From positions 48,376-112,375 of the forward strand of contig DIET01000014.1 in NCBI GenBank assembly GCA_002418765.1: DNA of 64,000 bases, written 5' to 3'. This DNA is from Peptococcaceae bacterium UBA5767 (GTDB lineage: Bacteria; Bacillota; TC1; UBA5767). This document shows, one piece after another, positions 57,716 through 64,000 of this stretch. A program made the position numbers and the translations under genes. The notes beneath the pieces were generated by a model. That model did no database searches, had not been told where the DNA came from, and saw only the letters and a list, made by a program, of their open reading frames with translations. The number at the start of each line of letters is the position of its first letter. The first letter of the stretch is position 1.

Positions 57716-58960
57716 CTATGAAAGATTTGCTTTTATGACACTTTGGAAGGCTGCGTCAATGGCCAATCTCGAATATTCAAAGCTTAATCCTCCTTGAAGA
57801 TATAAAGCATACGGTTCTCGAAGAGGTGCATCACAGCTTAATTCACTGGTGGCGCCCCCAATGAATGTGCCTGCAGCCATAATCACCTGATTGGTGTATC
57901 CTGGCATATCCCACGGTTCTGGGACTACAAAAGAGTCCACTGGTGAATAATGCTGTATGGCCTGACAAAAAGCAATCATTTCTTCTTGTCCGCCAAATCT
58001 TATGGCCTGGACGATATCTGTTCTATCTTCGTCCAGCGCAGGAGAAACAAGGTAACCTTGTTGCTGAAACAAGGAAGCAGCATACACAGCGCCCTTAAGC
58101 GCTTCCTCCACCACATGAGGAGCCATGTATAGGCCCTGGTACATCAATCTACTCAACGTTCCATCAGTGGATCCAACTTCTCTACCGATTCCTGGCGATG
58201 TCAGTCGATATGAAATTTGTTCAATATAGTGTTTCTTACCAACGATATATCCTCCCGTTGGAGCCAGTCCACCTCCAGGATTTTTAATCAAGGAGCCAAC
58301 CACCACATCTGCGCCTACTTCAGAAGGCTCTCTTTCTTCTACAAACTCACCATAACAATTATCTACTAGAATAACAACATGTGGAAATTTTGCTTTGATA
58401 CGACGAATGATGCTTGCGAGATCGGTCATGTTCAATGAACGTCTCCAATCGTATCCTCTGGAACGCTGCATCAATACCACCTTTGTATCTTCAGGCAATT
58501 GCTCCACCCGATCTTCCCATGTTTGCTTCATGCTCATTTCAGTATACAGAATACCAAATTCCTGAAGGCTTCCCCTATCGCTATTACCAATGCCTATCAC
58601 ATCTCGAAGAGTATCGTAAGGTGCACCCATAAAGCTCACAAGGCGATCACCGGGCCTGAGAAGACCAAACAAGCTCACAGCCAACGTATGGGTGCCTGAT
58701 ACCAATTGGGAACGAACCAGAGCATCTTCTGCATGAAAAACATGAGCAAAAACACGATCCAATAAATCGCGTCCGTGATCTCCATAGCCATATCCTGTAC
58801 TTCCAGAAAAGCATTCCTGTGATACACGCAAGTCTTGAAAGGCTTGGATCACTTTTTTATGGTTGTGTTCCACTATACTCTTTCGCTGCAAACAATAGCG
58901 TGTCACTTCTGCTAAGGCCTTCTCTCTATATTGATTGAAGGAATTACGATCATTAAACAT
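57716..58960 (-). CDS. ynbB: methionine gamma-lyase family / aluminium-resistance-type PLP enzyme (YnbB-like)
   Basis: GSTGYGYGDHGRD N-terminal motif and overall resemblance to the YnbB family. Function unknown. Confidence 0.72.
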   Translation of the reverse strand: MFNDRNSFNQYREKALAEVTRYCLQRKSIVEHNHKKVIQAFQDLRVSQECFSGSTGYGYGDHGRDLLDRVFAHVFHAEDALVRSQLVSGTHTLAVSLFGLLRPGDRLVSFMGAPYDTLRDVIGIGNSDRGSLQEFGILYTEMSMKQTWEDRVEQLPEDTKVVLMQRSRGYDWRRSLNMTDLASIIRRIKAKFPHVVILVDNCYGEFVEEREPSEVGADVVVGSLIKNPGGGLAPTGGYIVGKKHYIEQISYRLTSPGIGREVGSTDGTLSRLMYQGLYMAPHVVEEALKGAVYAASLFQQQGYLVSPALDEDRTDIVQAIRFGGQEEMIAFCQAIQHYSPVDSFVVPEPWDMPGYTNQVIMAAGTFIGGATSELSCDAPLREPYALYLQGGLSFEYSRLAIDAAFQSVIKANLS

Positions 58961-58967
58961 AAATCAC

Positions 58968-59939
58968 CTATACCAAAATATCCCTAAAATGATTTGGGAA
59001 CTCTTTCCCCAAGGCCATTTCACAAATGAGTTCTACCAGTTGTTCAAAAGAAATGCCCATATATCTAGCTGCATCAGGAATAAGACTTGTTTCTGTCATC
59101 CCTGGAATAGTATTGGCTTCTAAAATATAGGGTTGAAATGCATAATCGATCATAAAATCAATGCGGCCGAATCCTTGCAATCCTAGTGTCTGATAAGCTT
59201 TAGAAGCCATTTTTCGACATAAAACTCGTGTATCCTCCGGCAGCCTTGCTGGTATGATATGCTGACTCATGCCAGGCGTATATTTTGTCGTATAATCATA
59301 TCGACCTGTCGTTGTAGTGATTTCAAGGGTAGGCATAGGAAACGGATTATCATTACCCAAAACAGATACAGTGATCTCCATACCCAATATCATTTTCTCT
59401 AGTAGCAAATGCGACTCATAAGCAAAAGCCAACTCGATTCCCTCTTTCAATTCTTGCAGATTGTGGCAGAAGTAAATCCCTATTGAAGATCCTTGAGACG
59501 GGGCCTTCACGACCATCGGGAAGCCTATTTTTTTTATTGCAAGTGCAAGATTCGCCTCTTGGCTTTCGCTGTAGTATTCCTTCTTTCTAATGGTTGTAAA
59601 GGTAGGTACTGGTAATCCATTGGACTGAAGAATCTGCTGTGCATAGATCTTGTTCATGGCCAAGGCACTTGCTAGCACACCCGAACCCGTATATGCATAT
59701 CCTTTGGTTTGCAAGTATCCCTGTATCGTCCCATCTTCCCCTTCCAAACCATGAAGCCCGATAAAGACAACATCCGGTTTGAATTCATCTAGCCATATTG
59801 TCCATTCAGGATGAATAATATCTATCGACTTCACTTCATAATCTAACGCCATCAAGGCAGCTGCAACAGCTTTGCCCGTCTTGATGGATATTTTATTTTC
59901 TGTGGAAGAACCTCCCATCAGAACAGCAATTTTTTTCAT
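58968..59939 (-). CDS. ddl: D-alanine--D-alanine ligase
   Basis: KIAVLMGGSSTENKISIKTG, FIGLHGLEGEDGTIQG, ATP-grasp C-terminus (EANTIPGMT). Confidence 0.93.
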   Translation of the reverse strand: MKKIAVLMGGSSTENKISIKTGKAVAAALMALDYEVKSIDIIHPEWTIWLDEFKPDVVFIGLHGLEGEDGTIQGYLQTKGYAYTGSGVLASALAMNKIYAQQILQSNGLPVPTFTTIRKKEYYSESQEANLALAIKKIGFPMVVKAPSQGSSIGIYFCHNLQELKEGIELAFAYESHLLLEKMILGMEITVSVLGNDNPFPMPTLEITTTTGRYDYTTKYTPGMSQHIIPARLPEDTRVLCRKMASKAYQTLGLQGFGRIDFMIDYAFQPYILEANTIPGMTETSLIPDAARYMGISFEQLVELICEMALGKEFPNHFRDILV

Positions 59940-60481
59940 TGTTGCCCCCCCATTAATTCATAGGCATCCTGTCCTATCGTATCATTCACCACCATCACGG
60001 GAAAGTTCTCCACTTCTAGTTCGTAAATGGCTTCCGGGCCAAGTTCTTCATAGGCGATGCATTTGGCATTCTTTACACACCCGGCCAACAAAGCTCCTGC
60101 TCCTCCCCAAGCAGCACAATATACCGCCTCATGATCGATCATGGCTTGCTGAACCAATTTATTTCTAGACCCTTTACCAATCATCATACTCAAACCTTCT
60201 TCAATAAGTCTTGGCGCATAGCTGTCCATGCGATAACTTGTAGTAGGGCCAATTGATCCTATAGGCTTTCCTGGTGGCGCTGGAGCTGGACCGGCATAGT
60301 AAATGATTGATCCCGGCAAAGGAATGGGCAATGGTCTATGATTATCCAGGGCTTCGATCATCCTTCGATGGGCAGAGTCTCTCGCAGTATACATGATCCC
60401 ACTAATCAAAAGATAATCTCCTGCACGCAATCCCTTGACATCTTCTTGTTTTAATGGTGTTTGTAAATGTATGACCTCCAT
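59936..60481 (-). CDS. Fe-S type hydro-lyase (class I fumarate/tartrate hydratase), beta subunit
   Basis: GDYLLISGIMYTARDSAHRR, GPTTSYRMD, IGKG motifs. ATG 60481 is 7 nt after AAAGGAG. Confidence 0.85.
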   Translation of the reverse strand: MEVIHLQTPLKQEDVKGLRAGDYLLISGIMYTARDSAHRRMIEALDNHRPLPIPLPGSIIYYAGPAPAPPGKPIGSIGPTTSYRMDSYAPRLIEEGLSMMIGKGSRNKLVQQAMIDHEAVYCAAWGGAGALLAGCVKNAKCIAYEELGPEAIYELEVENFPVMVVNDTIGQDAYELMGGQQ

Positions 60482-60493
60482 GACCAATCTCCT

Positions 60494-61144
60494 TTAGCTT
60501 CCTGATAACTTATCAATACTGTTAAGACCAAGACGGTAATAAAACAAAACCAAAATAGGGAAAACAACCACTGAAAATATCCCATGCTCCAAAAAGATCA
60601 AAAAATTATACAGACCATGGATAACTATCGGATAAACGAGTGCTTTAATGAATGAAATTGTCTTTTTTTGGGGTCTAAATCTAGCATAGCTTAGATACTG
60701 TCCCATGATAATGCCACAAACTGTATGCAATGGCACTGCTGTTAAGGCCCTCACTACGCCTGTCTGAAAACCATAACTCCAGACATAGAAAATGTTCTCC
60801 ACGGTAGCGAAGCCCAAAGAAATGAATACAGCATAAACAATGCCATCATAATTTTCATCATAGGCTTTATAGCCATTCCAAATCAAGCGGTAAAATACCA
60901 AAAATTTCAATCCCTCTTCAATAATTGCAATATTAAAAAAAGATAGCAGAAAAAGATCATACGGTGTATTGCCTTGAGGGTTGATCCACCAGTTGCTTTC
61001 CAAAAAACCAGCAGGAATAACCAATAAAGCACCCCAGAAAAAAACCTTCCAGAGCATCCTTGTCGGCTCTTTTTTTATGGTGTCCTTATAATAGATATAG
61101 ATCAGAATAAATATGGTAGGCAAAATGGAGATCAATAAATTCAT
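60494..61144 (-). CDS. PrsW-family intramembrane metalloprotease
   Basis: Seven or eight TM segments with EEGLKF (EExxK) and HGLYNF (HxxxN) motifs characteristic of PrsW. Confidence 0.75.
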   Translation of the reverse strand: MNLLISILPTIFILIYIYYKDTIKKEPTRMLWKVFFWGALLVIPAGFLESNWWINPQGNTPYDLFLLSFFNIAIIEEGLKFLVFYRLIWNGYKAYDENYDGIVYAVFISLGFATVENIFYVWSYGFQTGVVRALTAVPLHTVCGIIMGQYLSYARFRPQKKTISFIKALVYPIVIHGLYNFLIFLEHGIFSVVVFPILVLFYYRLGLNSIDKLSGS

Positions 61145-61165
61145 GTTACCTCCTGATTCCCAAGT

Positions 61166-62008
61166 TTAAAGTTCAAACTGTTGATGCCTGGATACATGAC
61201 AGTTCAGATTGACTGCAGCAGGCATACTGGCTATATGACAAGGTAAGAACTCCAAGTGAACGTCGAAAGCCGTAGTTTTCCCGCCAAATCCTTGGGGACC
61301 AATATGGAGCGCATTGATCTCCTCAAGCCATTTCTCTTCCAATATACTTAATTCCGGGTCACTATGACGTTGTCCAATGGGCCGTAATAGGTTCTTCTTG
61401 GCTTGTAGTGCACATGATTCAAAATTGCCTCCCAAACAAGCACCCACTACGATTGGTGGGCAGGGATTGGGTCCAGCCAAGCGAATCGTTTCAAAAACGA
61501 ATTCTTTGAACCCTTCCAAGCCTTCAGACGGAGTAAGCATTTTAAGACGAGACATGTTCTCGCTACCTCCGCCTTTGGGCGCCACAGTGACCTTAAAGAC
61601 ATCCTCAGCGACAATGTCAACATGAATCACTGCTGGCGTATTGTTCCCCGTATTTTTTCTTGTCAAAGGATGCGATACAATCGACTTTCTAAGGTAACCC
61701 TTTTGATAGCCATCAGCAACACCTTCTTGAAAAGCATCCATCAAAAAACCGCCATCAATCAAGACGTTTTGCCCTATTTCCAAAAAAATAACCGCTGTTC
61801 CAGTATCTTGACAAATTGGAAGATGATGACTCTTAGCCAGTTTGGCATTTTCATACAAATCATGCATGATACGACCAGACAACTCATCGACCTCTTTGGT
61901 TATGGCTCGTTGATAAGCTTCAATCAGGTCACTGGAAGCAATGATATTCGCCTCAATGCATGCCTTCGCTGTGGCTTCAACAATATCACGGTAAAGAATT
62001 TTCCGCAT
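61166..62008 (-). CDS. Fe-S type hydro-lyase (class I fumarate/tartrate hydratase), alpha subunit
   Basis: LPICQDTGTAVIF, KGGGSENMS, cluster Cys residues. ATG 62008 preceded by AGAGAGG. Confidence 0.85.
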   Translation of the reverse strand: MRKILYRDIVEATAKACIEANIIASSDLIEAYQRAITKEVDELSGRIMHDLYENAKLAKSHHLPICQDTGTAVIFLEIGQNVLIDGGFLMDAFQEGVADGYQKGYLRKSIVSHPLTRKNTGNNTPAVIHVDIVAEDVFKVTVAPKGGGSENMSRLKMLTPSEGLEGFKEFVFETIRLAGPNPCPPIVVGACLGGNFESCALQAKKNLLRPIGQRHSDPELSILEEKWLEEINALHIGPQGFGGKTTAFDVHLEFLPCHIASMPAAVNLNCHVSRHQQFEL

Positions 62009-62022
62009 GAATAAACCTCTCT

Positions 62023-62051
62023 TTGACAATTCTGATTATTTTCAGTATACT
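62023..62051 (+). promoter_or_regulatory. promoter of tRNA-Arg
   Basis: TTGACA-17 nt-TATACT, 11 nt upstream of the mature tRNA 5' end. Confidence 0.6.
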
Positions 62052-62062
62052 TCTAGTTGTTT

Positions 62063-62138
62063 GCGCCTGTAGCTCAGTGGATAGAGCGTTAGTCTCCGGA
62101 ACTAAAAGTCGCAGGTTCGACTCCTGTCAGGCGCACCA
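62063..62138 (+). tRNA. tRNA-Arg (anticodon CCG), CCA encoded
   Basis: Manual cloverleaf: acceptor GCGCCTG/CAGGCGC, D arm GCTC-AGTGGATA-GAGC, anticodon arm TTAGT-CTCCGGA-ACTAA, T arm GCAGG-TTCGACT-CCTGT, discriminator A, CCA. Confidence 0.9.
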
Positions 62139-62207
62139 TAACTCTTGTTATTCTAACATGTTTCTACATAGAATTTGCTACTTTTTCATCAAAACCTTAT
62201 TCATTTG

Positions 62208-62239
62208 GGATTGGCTATCATGAGGCCAATCCTTCTTTT
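62208..62239 (+). terminator. terminator after tRNA-Arg
   Basis: GGATTGGC-9 nt loop-GCCAATCC followed by TTCTTTT. Confidence 0.6.
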
Positions 62240-62307
62240 GATTATGCCAAAGTTTCGCATCAAACTCATCCAGATACCAAAAGATACAATTTGGTGTCTT
62301 CCAAATC

Positions 62308-62362
62308 AGAAAACTCCCCTCATGTTGGACAGCTTAAACAAACTGTCTGCCATGAGGGGAGT
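62308..62362 (-). terminator. terminator of the ispH-rpsA fusion gene
   Basis: On the minus strand, ACTCCCCTCATG...(inner GACAG/CTGTC stem)...CATGAGGGGAGT followed by TTTCTGATTT. Confidence 0.65.
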
Positions 62363-62386
62363 CAATCAATCGCACAATCTTTTCAT

Positions 62387-64000
62387 CTATACTTCTTCGG
62401 TTTTTTCCTGCACTGCAATATCTTCGGTTTCTTCCTGCACTGCAATTTTTTCTGGTTCTTCCTGCACTGCGATTTTTTCTGGTTCTATTGTCTCATTTTT
62501 AACAGATTTTGCTTCTTTTGCTTCTTCTTCTTTTTTTAAATCAAGCAATTCACCGAACATATCGCCCAGTGTTAAAGGCACATCCTCTTCTGTGGAATAC
62601 TGGAATTCCTGTTTGTCAACTTTGGGTGTTATTTTCTTCTTTGGCTTGGGTTTTACAGGCATTTCCGGTTTTTCTAATGTCGCTTTGATGGACAACCCGA
62701 TTTTCTTGTCATCAGGATTAACCTTAATGATTTTTACTTCAATCGTATCTCCTGGCTTGACAACATCTTCCACTTTTTCCACACGTTCATAAGCCAACTC
62801 GGAAATATGCAATAATCCCTCAAATCCTGACTCAATTTCTACAAATGCGCCAAAGTCAGTGGTTCTAAGAACTTTGCCGTGAACCAATGACCCTTCAGGA
62901 TGATTGGCCAATGCTACTGCCCAAGGATCTTCTTGAAGTGCTTTCAAACTCAATGCAATTTTTTCTTTGTCGCGATCTATTGATAAAACCTTGACTTCAA
63001 TAACATCACCAATATTAACAGCATCTTCTGGTTTGTCGACTTTATTCCAACCCATTTCGGAGATATGAAGCAGCCCGTCGATGCCGCCCAAATCAACGAA
63101 TGCACCGAATTTGGCTGTTCTACAAACAGTGCCCTGAATGACGGTGCCTTCTGCCAACTTCTCCCAGGTTTCTTCCTTCATACTTGAGCGTTCTTCTGCC
63201 AAAATGTCTTTTTGCGACAAAACAATACGATTTTTCTTTTTATCCAACTCGATAATCCGAACGCGCAATTTTTGTCCGACATATTTTGAAAGATCATTGA
63301 CGAACCCGATTTCCAGATGCGAGGCCGGAACAAATCCTCTCAACCCATCGAGATCGACGACGACACCACCCTTTACTTCTTCTGTTACCTCTACTTCAAA
63401 CTCCGTTTTGTCCTCGAAGCTCTGTGTCAATTCATCAAACTTCTTGGCCATTTCACGCTTTTGTTTTTTCTTTTCGTTATCATATTTTTTTCTGGTAATC
63501 GCTTTTTTTGAAAGAACAGGAGCTCCTTCCCGGTTACTTTTCTTCACCAGCATCAACTCAAGCTCATCACCAGCTTTTAGCTCATCAAAGTTATCCAGTT
63601 CTTTGGCCGCCACAACACCTTCTCTTTTGGCACCAATGTCAACCAGAATCTCATCTTGACCTACTTTTACAACAATGGCGTTTAAGATATCACCAACCTT
63701 ATACGTTTCATCGCTGCTAGGTGTAAAGATATCAGCCATCGTTAATTCACCTGAATTATCCTCCACCGTTTCATTCTTCAACTCTTCCATAGCTACAACA
63801 ACCTCCTTAATTATCCAGTCTGGTGTAGATGCACCAGCTGTTACCCCAACAGTTTGCATACCTTTGAACCATTCGCTTTTTAATTCTTCAGGTTTCTCGA
63901 TATGATATACTGGGATATTTTTTTCTCTAATGATAGAGAATAATTTATTGGTATTGGCGCTGTGTTTCCCGCCAATGACAATCATAATATCAGAAATTTC
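62387..64000 (-). CDS. ispH: bifunctional 4-hydroxy-3-methylbut-2-enyl diphosphate reductase / ribosomal protein S1-like fusion, 3' portion (5' end beyond window)
   Basis: The frame stays open to nt 64000 ([20 protein letters not shown]... is the IspH C-terminus). It is followed by four S1 domains ([32 protein letters not shown] etc.) and an acidic repeat tail. Confidence 0.88.
   Translation of the reverse strand, partial: EISDIMIVIGGKHSANTNKLFSIIREKNIPVYHIEKPEELKSEWFKGMQTVGVTAGASTPDWIIKEVVVAMEELKNETVEDNSGELTMADIFTPSSDETYKVGDILNAIVVKVGQDEILVDIGAKREGVVAAKELDNFDELKAGDELELMLVKKSNREGAPVLSKKAITRKKYDNEKKKQKREMAKKFDELTQSFEDKTEFEVEVTEEVKGGVVVDLDGLRGFVPASHLEIGFVNDLSKYVGQKLRVRIIELDKKKNRIVLSQKDILAEERSSMKEETWEKLAEGTVIQGTVCRTAKFGAFVDLGGIDGLLHISEMGWNKVDKPEDAVNIGDVIEVKVLSIDRDKEKIALSLKALQEDPWAVALANHPEGSLVHGKVLRTTDFGAFVEIESGFEGLLHISELAYERVEKVEDVVKPGDTIEVKIIKVNPDDKKIGLSIKATLEKPEMPVKPKPKKKITPKVDKQEFQYSTEEDVPLTLGDMFGELLDLKKEEEAKEAKSVKNETIEPEKIAVQEEPEKIAVQEETEDIAVQEKTEEV
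62390..62486 (-). repeat. 27-bp in-frame tandem repeat (about 3.3 copies) at the 3' end of ispH-rpsA
   Basis: The TTCCTGCACTGC(A/G)AT core recurs at 62405, 62432 and 62459 (plus strand). Encodes [32 protein letters not shown]. Confidence 0.85.

Noticed and set aside
57694-57734. AAAAGCAAAT...ATTTGCTTTT inverted repeat spanning the ynbB stop codon.
   Set aside because: It has an AT-rich 10-bp stem with a 19-nt loop and partly lies in coding sequence. The strong 18-bp hairpin at 57606..57645 is the more credible terminator.
62175-62792. 205-aa plus-strand ORF downstream of tRNA-Arg.
   Set aside because: Most of it is antisense to the ispH-rpsA fusion and its repeat tail (the translation is a repetitive SSCTAIF... 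artefact). The 5' part spans two terminator hairpins.
1-64000. Search for CRISPR arrays, IS elements, prophage or known defence-system signatures.
   Set aside because: The only tandem repeats are short, in-frame coding repeats (infB, ispH-rpsA). I recognised no transposase, integrase cargo, restriction-modification, toxin-antitoxin, retron or nuclease/helicase defence genes.

Overview
This is a low-GC Gram-positive chromosome segment with anaerobe-type gene content (Bacillota, Clostridia-like: IspH-S1 fusion, 2-oxoacid:ferredoxin oxidoreductase, FTR-like and rubrerythrin-like redox genes). It is almost entirely densely packed core housekeeping DNA with strong Bacillus/Clostridium-type synteny. 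Gene order: topA(partial)-trmFO-xerC; rpsB-tsf; pyrH-frr; uppS-cdsA-dxr-rseP-ispG-proS-polC; convergent 2-oxoacid:ferredoxin oxidoreductase pair; lipoprotein; nitroreductase; a glutaredoxin-like / FTR-catalytic::rubredoxin / di-iron ferritin-like operon; rimP-nusA-ylxR-ylxQ-infB-rbfA-nrnA-truB-ribF; rpsO; pnp; a small arsenic/chromate islet (arsC-arsR-permease-thioredoxin-like-chrA-chrA); rpmB; asp23-yloV; relA-dtd-MBL hydrolase-Ldh_2 oxidoreductase; T-box leader-hisS-aspS-tcdA-tandem CsoR-like-rarA; Rrf2 regulator-cysteine desulfurase-mnmA; lrgAB; a MacAB/YknXYZ-like tripartite ABC exporter; the divergent SOS pair yneA-like/lexA with three LexA boxes; ynbB-ddl-fumarate hydratase beta-PrsW-fumarate hydratase alpha (minus strand); a solitary tRNA-Arg(CCG); and the 3' part of an ispH-rpsA fusion gene. 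I saw no CRISPR array, transposase, IS, phage module, rRNA or recognisable defence system, and I cannot honestly point to a clear new multi-gene system. Four observations stand out. (1) PolC is intact but cleanly lacks its proofreading exonuclease domain. (2) A three-gene Grx-like/FTRc-rubredoxin/di-iron operon sits behind a Fur/PerR-like box. (3) A covalently duplicated CsoR/RcnR-like regulator is inserted in the hisS-aspS...rarA block. (4) There is a promoter-plus-terminator leader in front of rimP-nusA. Coordinates of promoters and terminators come from reading the sequence by eye. All family assignments come from motif recognition, not database searches.
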